Assembly: GCA_028572065.1 (NCBI GenBank)
Contig: JAPVWK010000001.1
Location: 1-45,008 of the forward strand
Length of the DNA: 45,008 nt
From: Candidatus Methanophagales archaeon
GTDB lineage: Archaea; Halobacteriota; Syntropharchaeia; Alkanophagales; Methanospirareceae
Reading direction: 5' to 3'
The number at the start of each line of letters is the position of its first letter. Within the stretch, counting starts at the first letter, position 1. Below, piece after piece: positions 16,202 through 24,644 of the stretch. The position numbers and the translations under genes are program-made. The notes beneath the pieces were generated by a model. That model was not told the DNA's origin, made no database searches, and was given only the letters and a program-made list of their open reading frames with translations.

Positions 16202-17095
16202 ATGATAGAATACCTAATCACAGTAGTGCTGATAGCGGCGATTTACGCCATCTTCTCCTTAGGGCTGAATTTAGAATGGGGTTTCACGGGACTTATCAAT
16301 TTCGGGCACGTTGCTTTTATGGCTATCGGTGCCTATACAACAGTATTGCTGAATTTGAACGGAGTCGCACCGTTTCCGTCTGTAATAGCCGGAATGGCAC
16401 TTGCAGGGCTTTGTGGCGGTTTACTGGGAATACCCGCGTTAAAGCTGAGGGCAGATTATCTTGCTATCGTGACCTTAGGATTCGCGGAAATAGTACGATT
16501 CATCCTGTTAAATGAGGAATGGCTCACTCGTGGTCCGATGGGGCTGCATGGTTACTCAAGACCATTCGAGGACTTTATATCGGGCGATTACAACTTCTTC
16601 CTGCTGCTGCTCGTGCTGATAGTTCTCGTGGCGTGCTATTTAATGCTTGAACAGCTCATAAAATCGCCCTGGGGACGTGTGCTCAAATCCATAAGGGAAG
16701 ATGAAGACGTCCCGACTTCGCTCGGCAAGAACGTTTTATCGTATAAAATTCAAGCGCTTATGTTGGGCTCCGCCATCGCGGGATTAGCGGGCGCATTTCT
16801 TGCGTTTTATCTGCAATATATAAATCCGCGTAATTTTATGCCGATGGAGACTTTTTATGCTTGGATTGCGGTTGTAGTTGGAGGCAGCGGTAATAACAAA
16901 GGCACGATATTGGGCGCATTTATCCTCTGGGGTTTCTTCAGCGGGACACGATTTGCTCAGGGCTATCTCCCGCTCAGCCCAACACAGATAGGCGCACTAA
17001 GAATAATGTTTATAGGATTATTACTAATACTAATCATGATGTTCAAACCCGAAGGACTTTTGGGGAAGAAAGAGGAGTTAACGTTAATTGGGTGA
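16202..17095 (+). CDS. livM: Branched-chain amino acid ABC transporter permease (LivM-type)
   Basis: GLNLEWGFTGLINFGHVAFMAIGAYT plus about 8 hydrophobic segments. It ends with KPEGLLGKKE. Confidence 0.8.
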   Translation: MIEYLITVVLIAAIYAIFSLGLNLEWGFTGLINFGHVAFMAIGAYTTVLLNLNGVAPFPSVIAGMALAGLCGGLLGIPALKLRADYLAIVTLGFAEIVRFILLNEEWLTRGPMGLHGYSRPFEDFISGDYNFFLLLLVLIVLVACYLMLEQLIKSPWGRVLKSIREDEDVPTSLGKNVLSYKIQALMLGSAIAGLAGAFLAFYLQYINPRNFMPMETFYAWIAVVVGGSGNNKGTILGAFILWGFFSGTRFAQGYLPLSPTQIGALRIMFIGLLLILIMMFKPEGLLGKKEELTLIG

Positions 17096-17850
17096 TGCGA
17101 AATATGCTATCAGTTCAAGGACTCAAGAAGAGCTTTGGTGGCATAAAAGCAGTAGATACGTCTTCCCTGGACGTGGCGGGTGGTGGGACGGTAGGCGTCA
17201 TAGGACCGAATGGTGCAGGAAAAACTACTTTGTTCAATCTGATTAGCGGTTTTGATAAGCCGGATAATGGCGCAATTATATTTGACGGTGAGAATATCGC
17301 AGGTAAACCGAGTGCCGAGATTGCTAGAATGGGTCTCATTCGTACTTTTCAGTTGTCAAAGGCACTGACAAGATTAACGGTAGTGGAGAATATGATGCTA
17401 GCTCCGCAAGTTCAATATGGTGAGCGGATATGGAATGTATGGTTACGTCCTCGTGAAGTCAAGCAGCAGGAGGAAGCGAATCGTGAGAAAGCTATTTCAT
17501 TGCTTGAGTTCTTTGGGCTGCTATCAAAGAAGGACGATTATGCGGGTGCTCTTTCGGGAGGTCAAAAACGACTCCTGGAGATAGCGAGGGCACTTATGGC
17601 GGAACCAAAGATGTTGCTCCTGGATGAACCGTTTTCGGGCGTGAATCCCACGCTGACGAAGAAAATAGTGGAATATCTAAAGACGTTGCGAGAAGAGGGT
17701 ATGACCTTCCTCGTCATCGAACACGATATGCACATAATTATGCAGTTGAGCGATTTCTTGTACGTACTCAATAAGGGTAAGGTGATAGCTTCGGGCGTAC
17801 CGGAAGAAGTGCGGCACAACGAACGAGTTCTGGATGCGTATCTCGGGTGA
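17095..17850 (+). CDS. livG: Branched-chain amino acid ABC transporter ATP-binding protein (LivG-type)
   Basis: Walker A is GPNGAGKTT, the ABC signature is LSGGQKRLLEIARAL, and Walker B is LLLDEP. The C-terminal VLDAYLG is typical of LivG. The start overlaps the livM stop. Confidence 0.85.
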   Translation: MRNMLSVQGLKKSFGGIKAVDTSSLDVAGGGTVGVIGPNGAGKTTLFNLISGFDKPDNGAIIFDGENIAGKPSAEIARMGLIRTFQLSKALTRLTVVENMMLAPQVQYGERIWNVWLRPREVKQQEEANREKAISLLEFFGLLSKKDDYAGALSGGQKRLLEIARALMAEPKMLLLDEPFSGVNPTLTKKIVEYLKTLREEGMTFLVIEHDMHIIMQLSDFLYVLNKGKVIASGVPEEVRHNERVLDAYLG

Positions 17851-18073
17851 AAACGCATATACCTACTACCGCTTGAAGATGTAAACGGCTGATTGCAGGA
17901 ACGGTATTTGCAGTGCAGGGGTTATTAAACAGCGATATTTTACGTGAGTTCTATGCAAATCTGCGTGTTCTTGTAGCTACCGAAACTAAATATACATAAT
18001 GTGCAAAACTACAACGACAGAAGAATACCGAAAACTTTAAATGTTTATGAATACGAAGTAAGAGTGGATAAAA

Positions 18074-18451
18074 ATGGGGACAAAAGTGAATTTGATAAGT
18101 GGAAGAACGACTGTACAAGGTCGTAATTTAGACAGTAAGATGTCTGAGGAGTACTTTGAAGAAGTGGCACGATGTGATCTGAACAAAGCGGATATGGAGA
18201 AGCTGGGTGTGGCTGCTGACGAATCGGTGAAGGTGAGAACGAGCTATGGCGAAGTAGTAGTGAAAGCGAAAGAAGTTGCGGGAACTCCGGAAGGGTTGGT
18301 CTTTATACCTATGGGACCCTGGGCAAATGCACTCGTCAGTGGAGATACACATGGTGCGGGTATGCCCTCGTATAAGGGCATAGATGCGGAGATAGAGAAG
18401 ACGGGCGATAAAGTTCTGCATGTAAAAGAACTGATGCAGACGTATATGTGA
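18074..18451 (+). CDS. fwdD: Formylmethanofuran dehydrogenase subunit D
   Basis: 125 aa. LISGRT..QG......K.SEEY, the molybdopterin-dinucleotide-binding-domain pattern and its position ahead of fwdB support the call. Confidence 0.85.
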   Translation: MGTKVNLISGRTTVQGRNLDSKMSEEYFEEVARCDLNKADMEKLGVAADESVKVRTSYGEVVVKAKEVAGTPEGLVFIPMGPWANALVSGDTHGAGMPSYKGIDAEIEKTGDKVLHVKELMQTYM

Positions 18452-18470
18452 TAGGAGGAAAAGAGTAAAA

Positions 18471-19775
18471 ATGGTAGAAATTACGGATGTTGTATGCTCC
18501 TTGTGTGGCTGTGTATGTGACGACATCACAGTAGAAGTAGAAGATAACAAAGTGACGAAGGTGAAGAGGGGAGCATGTTCTGTAGGGAAGAGCAAGTTAA
18601 TGGGGCACAACCGGATAAAGAGCCCGGCGATAAGAGTAAATGGCGAGCTTAAGGATTGCTCTTACGATGAGGCGATAAAGAAGGCGGCGGAGATATTGGC
18701 GGCATCGCGAAGACCGCTCTTATATGGCTGGAGTTCCACGGTTTGTGAGGCGGATAAAGTGGGAGTCGAGCTTTCGGAGGAGCTAGGTGCAGTTATAGAT
18801 AATACTGCTTCGGTCTGTCACGGCCCTTCCGTGCTGGCGATTCAAGATGTTGGTCTGCCTTCGTGTACGCTTGGAGAGGTGAAGAACCGTGCAGACGTCA
18901 TTATATACTGGGGTGCGAACCCTGCAGAGGCGCATGCCAATCACATGAAGCGATACTCGTACGTCTCAAAGGGGTTCTGGACCGAAGAGGGCAAAAAGGC
19001 GAAGAAACTTGTCGTTGTTGATGTAAGGGCGACAAAGACGTCGAAGATGGCGGACGTGTTCTTGCAATTAGAGCAAGGTAAAGATTATCTAGTGTTCTCT
19101 GCGTTAAGGGCTATTCTATATGGACATGAAGAGGTAGTACCGGACGAGGTAGGCGGCGTGTCGAAGAAGGACTTATTAGAGACCGCGGAGATGATGAAAG
19201 GCGCGAAGTTCGGGGCAACTTTCTTCGGGATGGGTGTGACGCACACAGGAGCAAGGCAGAACAACATCGTGAATGCGATTCAGATGACGCGAGCAGCGCA
19301 TACGCACACCAAGTTCACGATAACGCCAATGCGAGGGCATTACAACGTAGCAGGGATTAATCAGGTCTGCACGTGGGAGACAGGATTCCCATTTGCCGTT
19401 GACCTATCTAGAGGTTACGCATGGTACAATCCGGGTGAACTATCGGCTACGGACCTTTTAATCAGGCAAGAGTGTGATGCGGCATTGATAATCGCCTCGG
19501 ATCCAGGAGCGCATTTCCCAGGTGAGTCAATAAAACACCTCGCTAAGATTCCGGTCATTCAAATAGACCCATTCCCAAATCCGACAACCGAATTTGCAGA
19601 TGTCGTCTTTCCGGCTGCAGTAAGTGGCGTGGAAGCAGCGGGAAACGTCTACCGGATGGATAATATACCAATACGGCTGCGTAAGTTAATAGATTCAGAA
19701 TATCCAGAAGATGAGGCGATATTGAAGCGAATACTGGACGAAGTACGTGCAATAAAAGAGAAGGAGGACAAGTAA
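18471..19775 (+). CDS. fwdB: Formylmethanofuran dehydrogenase subunit B (Cys form)
   Basis: The N-terminal CSLCGCVCDD is an FeS motif. NTASVCHGPS carries the metal-ligand Cys at codon 116 (TGT, 18816-18818). The ORF is 434 aa. Confidence 0.9.
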   Translation: MVEITDVVCSLCGCVCDDITVEVEDNKVTKVKRGACSVGKSKLMGHNRIKSPAIRVNGELKDCSYDEAIKKAAEILAASRRPLLYGWSSTVCEADKVGVELSEELGAVIDNTASVCHGPSVLAIQDVGLPSCTLGEVKNRADVIIYWGANPAEAHANHMKRYSYVSKGFWTEEGKKAKKLVVVDVRATKTSKMADVFLQLEQGKDYLVFSALRAILYGHEEVVPDEVGGVSKKDLLETAEMMKGAKFGATFFGMGVTHTGARQNNIVNAIQMTRAAHTHTKFTITPMRGHYNVAGINQVCTWETGFPFAVDLSRGYAWYNPGELSATDLLIRQECDAALIIASDPGAHFPGESIKHLAKIPVIQIDPFPNPTTEFADVVFPAAVSGVEAAGNVYRMDNIPIRLRKLIDSEYPEDEAILKRILDEVRAIKEKEDK

Positions 19776-19776
19776 A

Positions 19777-21465
19777 ATGGCAGAAGTTTTGATAAAGAAC
19801 GGAGTGGTTTACGACCCTCTAAATGGCGTGAAGGGCGAGAAGAAGGACATTTGCATTCGTGACGGTAAAGTAGTTGAATCAGTAAAGAATCCGAAGGTGA
19901 TAGACGCCGAGGGGCGAGTGGTAATGCCCGGAGGTGTGGACATACATTCGCACATTGCAGGCGGTAAAGTGAATTCGGGCAGGCTGTTCCGACCAGAAGA
20001 TGGCCGGAAAGGGTTAGAAGCGAAGACGAAAGTTTGCCGGATGCAATCTGGCTATTCTGTGCCGAATACGTTCGCAGTCGGCTATCGGTATGCGAAGATG
20101 GGCTATACGTTCGTGATGGAAGCGGCAATGCCACCTCTGGCTGCAAGACATACGCATGAAGAGCTGGTAGATATTCCGATATTGGATAATGCGGCATTAC
20201 CGCTCCTTGACAACAACTGGATGACAATGGAATATGTAAATGGTGGGGACATAGACCTGCTTGCTGCGTACGTTGCATGGATAATGAAAGCAACAAAGGG
20301 CTTCGGCGTGAAAATCGTGAATCCAGGCGGAACAGAGATGTGGGGCTGGGGAAAGAACTGCAGTTTGAATGATAACGTGCCTACGTTCGATGTTACACCG
20401 GCAGAGATAATAAAAGGTTTAGCAGAAGCGAATGAGAAGTTAGAGATGCCGCATTCTATTCACGTGCATACGAACATGCTCGGTCATCCGGGGAACTTCG
20501 AGATAACAAAGGAGACTTATGACCTCGTGAAAGGCGTAAACACAGTTAAAGACCGGCAGGTTATGCACACTACACATACGCAGTTCCATTCTTACGGCGG
20601 TACGAACTGGGGCGATTTCGAGTCGAAGGCGGATGCAATTGCAGGTTATATAAACCAAAACGACCATGCAACTATTGACATCGGCTCTATAATCCTTGGA
20701 GATACAACGACAATGACCGCAGATGGCCCGATGGAATACAATTTGTATCAGATAACGGGCAGGAAATGGACGAATCACGATGTCGAGCTTGAGACGGGTT
20801 CGGGAATAACACCGTTCTTGTATTCCGGTAAATCACCCGTAAATACTATCCAGTGGGCAATAGGTATGGAATTAGCATTGCTGGTTGAAGACCCGTGGAA
20901 GATTGCGCTCACGACCGACCATCCAAATGCAGGACCGTTCATCGGCTATCCAATCCTTATTTCGATGCTGATGAGCCAGAAGAGGCGTGAAGAGTCGTCG
21001 GCTGATATGCACAAGGTAATATACGATAAGGCGCTGCTGCCTTCTATAGATCGTGAATACAGCCTATATGAGATAGCGATAATAACGAGGGGTATGACTG
21101 CGAAGGCGTTGGGATTGCATGAGCACGGTAAAGGACATCTTGGCGTTGGTGCGGACGGTGACGTGGCGATTTATGATATGTCACCGGAAGAAAGGGATGC
21201 GGGTAAGATACAGAAAGCGTTCTTGAACACGAAATACACGATAAAAGGCGGACAAATAGTAGTAAAGGACGGCGAAGTGGTTGCGACACCGGATGGCAAG
21301 ACGTATTTCGTGACGCCGGAATGTGACGATACGTTGACGGATGAGATGCTGGTCAAGTTGAAGGATAAGTTCGATCATTACTACTCGGTGACCTTCAATA
21401 ATTATCCGGTGCAGGACGATTACGTACCGAATCCATATGAGATAAAAACGCAAATGCGTGGCTAA
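19777..21465 (+). CDS. fwdA: Formylmethanofuran dehydrogenase subunit A (amidohydrolase)
   Basis: 562 aa. IKNGVVYDP...GGVDIHSHI is an amidohydrolase metal motif. The ORF starts 1 nt after the fwdB stop. Confidence 0.9.
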   Translation: MAEVLIKNGVVYDPLNGVKGEKKDICIRDGKVVESVKNPKVIDAEGRVVMPGGVDIHSHIAGGKVNSGRLFRPEDGRKGLEAKTKVCRMQSGYSVPNTFAVGYRYAKMGYTFVMEAAMPPLAARHTHEELVDIPILDNAALPLLDNNWMTMEYVNGGDIDLLAAYVAWIMKATKGFGVKIVNPGGTEMWGWGKNCSLNDNVPTFDVTPAEIIKGLAEANEKLEMPHSIHVHTNMLGHPGNFEITKETYDLVKGVNTVKDRQVMHTTHTQFHSYGGTNWGDFESKADAIAGYINQNDHATIDIGSIILGDTTTMTADGPMEYNLYQITGRKWTNHDVELETGSGITPFLYSGKSPVNTIQWAIGMELALLVEDPWKIALTTDHPNAGPFIGYPILISMLMSQKRREESSADMHKVIYDKALLPSIDREYSLYEIAIITRGMTAKALGLHEHGKGHLGVGADGDVAIYDMSPEERDAGKIQKAFLNTKYTIKGGQIVVKDGEVVATPDGKTYFVTPECDDTLTDEMLVKLKDKFDHYYSVTFNNYPVQDDYVPNPYEIKTQMRG

Positions 21466-21485
21466 AGAAGGAGGAAAGAAAAAAA

Positions 21486-22271
21486 ATGCAGACGATAAAA
21501 TTGAAAATAAAGGATAATGTTACGAGCGGAGTTGCGAAGATACCCGTTGAGGTGGAGTCCTTGACCCCGGATAAACTTGTCGGAAAGAGTGAAGCCGAGG
21601 TAAAGGCTGTTAAGGTCTGGTGGGGCAACAAGGAAGAGAATACGGGCGATCTGTTCGATGTGAGCGTAGAGGGAACTGCCGGTAGTGCGGACGAGGTGAA
21701 GATCGTGCTGGATGGTGATTTGTCGCGAGTGAAGCGGATAGGCGATGGTATGACCGCAGGCGAGATAGAGGCTAACAGTAACGTGGATATGCACTGCGGT
21801 GCGATGATGAGCGGCGGTAAAATCACGGTGAAGGGTAATGCCGATTGCTGGGCTGGTCGTGAAATGCACGGTGGAGAGCTGGTTATAGATGGAGATGCTG
21901 CAGCTAACCTCTGTGCGATGTACCGGGGTGAAGATAAGGGCATGACCGGCGGGAAAGTTACGGTTGGCGGCAATGCCGATGAGTGTGTCGGGCAGTACAT
22001 GGCTGGTGGCGAGATAGAGATAAAAGGGAATGCGAGAATGCTTGCCGGATTGAACCTGAGCGGTGGTAAGATAGTTATCGGGGGCGATGCCGTTATGCCG
22101 GGTGCGGATATGACGAATGGTGAGATAACTGTGAAGGGTACGGTGCAGGATATGATGCCTTCGTTTAAGTTGGAGGGTACGGAGTCAATAGACGGTGCGG
22201 AATACAAGAAATATAGCGGCGATCTCGCAATGACGGCGAGGAAGGCTAAAGGTACATTGTATGTGAAGTGA
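21486..22271 (+). CDS. fwdC: Formylmethanofuran dehydrogenase subunit C
   Basis: 261 aa with repeated G-x-G beta-helix units (GGKITVKGNA, GGELVIDGDA, GGKVTVGGNA, GGEIEIKGNA, GGKIVIGGDA, NGEITVKGT), as in the GltB C-terminal / FwdC fold. Confidence 0.9.
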   Translation: MQTIKLKIKDNVTSGVAKIPVEVESLTPDKLVGKSEAEVKAVKVWWGNKEENTGDLFDVSVEGTAGSADEVKIVLDGDLSRVKRIGDGMTAGEIEANSNVDMHCGAMMSGGKITVKGNADCWAGREMHGGELVIDGDAAANLCAMYRGEDKGMTGGKVTVGGNADECVGQYMAGGEIEIKGNARMLAGLNLSGGKIVIGGDAVMPGADMTNGEITVKGTVQDMMPSFKLEGTESIDGAEYKKYSGDLAMTARKAKGTLYVK

Positions 22272-22272
22272 G

Positions 22273-22304
22273 TGAGGGGGGGATACCCCTTCTTTTTGTT
22301 TTTT
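22273..22304 (+). terminator. Hairpin plus T-tracts after fwdC
   Basis: aggggg-ggata-cccct is followed by tctttttgtttttt. Confidence 0.5.
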
Positions 22305-22337
22305 ACCACGAGATTACATGGATTTTCACGAGATTAT
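22305..22337 (+). repeat. CACRAGATT-type module related to the 5' part of the dispersed repeat family
   Basis: accacgagattacatggattttcacgagattat. Compare gacacagatttcacagatttacacagg at 32821-32847 and tgacacagattaacgctgattaacgcag at 39201-39228. It lies at the left edge of the AT-rich island. Confidence 0.4.
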
Positions 22338-22615
22338 ATAATAATATTGTTGGTCTATTATTAATAGGGTTAGTACAAATTAAGACATTAAAAGCGAGAG
22401 GTGCTAAAAGGGCTTTAGTGGAGATGATGTTGGAGAATGATGAGTGAATTGATTTGAAAAGATGGGATTTAGTCCAGAGTGTATATGCGAAATATTGCGG
22501 AATACTACGCTGTCCGAGATTAGTGATAAGGCATGAGGATTAAAGCGAATGTGAGACCGAGTATCAAAAAAGTAAGAATAGTTCAGTGTATATCTAATAA
22601 AAGAGGTAAAAAGTT

Positions 22616-23710
22616 ATGACAAAATCCCCCCATCTTGGCATTGACCTCTTTGCAGGTAGTGGTGGTATCTCTTACGGTCTTTTACATGCAGGATTTGACA
22701 TGAGATTAGGAATTGATATTGATCCTAATTTCGCCTTTACTCTGAAAGAGAATAACAAAGATATGAAAGTAGTAGTATCAGACATAAGAGTGTTAGAGCC
22801 CACAGAAGTTGTAAAATCTGCTGGGCTGCGGAAAAAAGATATAGCCCTTATTGTCGGCGGCCCCCCATGCAGGGGCTTTTCTCAATCTAACCGCAGATCC
22901 AGAAATTTGGACAATCCTTTAAACAATCTCTATAAAGAATTCTTTAGATTTATAAGAGTACTTCAACCACAAATCTTTCTTTTAGAGAATGTGGCAGGGC
23001 TTAAAACTCTGCACAAAGGAGCAGTGCTCCAAGATATTTTAAAAATAGGAGAAAAACTTGGATATTATGTTCAGTGGAATATAGTCAACGCAGAAGATTT
23101 CGGAGTGCCTCAGCGGAGGAAGAGGATAATTTTTATAGGGACAAAACAGAAGACCGATAATCTTTTTTATGTGAAAAAAAATAAACCTTTAACTGTTAGA
23201 AGTGCATTGGACGACATGCCTGTTTTAGAGAACGGAAATGTAGTTGATGAATTAAAGTATTCTCGGGACAGTAAACTATCAAAATATCAAAAAATGATGA
23301 GAAAGAATAATGGAAACATCGTTTCAAACAATTTAGTTACAAAAAACGGTAGATTAGTTATGGAACGGTACAACTATATTCCACCCGGCGGAAATTGGCG
23401 AAGCATCCCCACTCAGTTGATGTTTAATTATAAAAACCCAAACAACTGCCACGGCTGGATATATTACCGGCTCAAATGGGATGACCCATCAGTGGTAATA
23501 AGCAATTTCAGAAAAAACATGCTGATACACCCTGAGCAGCACAGGGGTCTTTCTGTCAGAGAGGCGGCGAGATTGCAGTCTTTTCCAGACCACTACGTTT
23601 TTCATGGTCCACTTACATCTCAGCAGCAGCAGGTTGCAAATGCTGTCCCCCCTCTGTTAGCAGAAAAAATTGGGAATAATATAATCAAATATTTGATGGA
23701 GGTGCAGTGA
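22616..23710 (+). CDS. dcm: DNA (cytosine-5)-methyltransferase
   Basis: Motif I is DLFAGSGG, motif IV GGPPCRGFS, motif VI LLENVAGL, motif VIII QRRKRIIFIG, motif IX RLQSFPDHYVF and motif X ANAVPPLLA. GAGGT lies upstream of the ATG. Confidence 0.9.
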   Translation: MTKSPHLGIDLFAGSGGISYGLLHAGFDMRLGIDIDPNFAFTLKENNKDMKVVVSDIRVLEPTEVVKSAGLRKKDIALIVGGPPCRGFSQSNRRSRNLDNPLNNLYKEFFRFIRVLQPQIFLLENVAGLKTLHKGAVLQDILKIGEKLGYYVQWNIVNAEDFGVPQRRKRIIFIGTKQKTDNLFYVKKNKPLTVRSALDDMPVLENGNVVDELKYSRDSKLSKYQKMMRKNNGNIVSNNLVTKNGRLVMERYNYIPPGGNWRSIPTQLMFNYKNPNNCHGWIYYRLKWDDPSVVISNFRKNMLIHPEQHRGLSVREAARLQSFPDHYVFHGPLTSQQQQVANAVPPLLAEKIGNNIIKYLMEVQ

Positions 23711-24633
23711 TGGAATATATAAAGAAAATAATCCAAGCTAATCCTAAAATGAATAAAATTTTCACTATGATAATGGAAAAGGATCAGTATTATTGGAAAA
23801 GATTTACTGGACGACCAGATGAAATTTTTAAATGGCTCCACAATTTTTCTAATGAAGATGAGATTTATCTCGCATTAGTGTTGGCAAACAACACTTTATA
23901 TTATAATCTGGACGAAGTTAGAAGTTTATGGAGAAGAATTTTAATGAACAGGGTAAAATTGTTTTTATTGGATGAAATATTCCGAAATACGGAACTTCCA
24001 GATATTGAAAAATGGTTTCCAGAATATCTTAGAGAAAAATGCATTTTTATAGGATATGGAAAAGCCGGCAAAAGTGGGCAGTCTATGGTTTATTTTTTCA
24101 AACAATCACACAATGTAAAGGGTTTAAAATACATGGAGCTTTTTGAATTTTTGCACAGCACTGAAGATTTCAGCACTAAAGAAACGGTTTTCCTCTTAGA
24201 TGATTTTGTAGGCAGTGGAAATCAGGCAATAACAACCTGGTATAATAATAAAACCAATGACAAAAGTTTTAATGACGTATCTGAGGAAAATCCTCATCTT
24301 AAATTTATTTATCTCGCTCTGATCTGCTTTAAAGAGGGAAAGAAAGTAATTGAAGAGAATACGCCAATGAAGGTTATTTTAGGTGAAGAACTGGATGAAA
24401 GATTTAAGTGTTTTTCTGATGTTTCAGTGATTTACGAAAATCCAAATGAACGGATTGAAGCAAAAAGAGTTATGGAAGAAAAAGGAAGAATGCTATACGA
24501 ATATCCTTTGGGCTATGATAATATGGAGTTGGCGGTAGCCTTTTATCACAATACGCCGAACAACAGTTTGCCAGTAATTTGGAAAAGGAGAGATGATGAA
24601 AGTTGGTATCCTTTATTTGAGCGATTTGAATAG
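23710..24633 (+). CDS. Phosphoribosyltransferase-like (PRPP-loop) protein of unknown function
   Basis: VFLLDDFVGSGNQA (24187-24228) fits the type I PRTase PRPP-binding loop: four hydrophobic residues, an acidic pair, two residues, then S-G-x-x. The N-terminal roughly 110 aa are helical. The start ATG overlaps the dcm TGA (TGATG). Confidence 0.5.
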   Translation: MEYIKKIIQANPKMNKIFTMIMEKDQYYWKRFTGRPDEIFKWLHNFSNEDEIYLALVLANNTLYYNLDEVRSLWRRILMNRVKLFLLDEIFRNTELPDIEKWFPEYLREKCIFIGYGKAGKSGQSMVYFFKQSHNVKGLKYMELFEFLHSTEDFSTKETVFLLDDFVGSGNQAITTWYNNKTNDKSFNDVSEENPHLKFIYLALICFKEGKKVIEENTPMKVILGEELDERFKCFSDVSVIYENPNERIEAKRVMEEKGRMLYEYPLGYDNMELAVAFYHNTPNNSLPVIWKRRDDESWYPLFERFE

Positions 24634-24644
24634 GAGGAAATAAA

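Noticed and set aside
19649-22309. Long antisense ORFs inside fwdA and fwdC (19649..20296, 20440..20778, 21395..22309, 21462..21869)
   Set aside because: They overlap strongly supported Fwd genes, have low-complexity Ser/Pro/Leu-rich composition and carry no motifs. They are typical shadow ORFs of GC-richer coding DNA.
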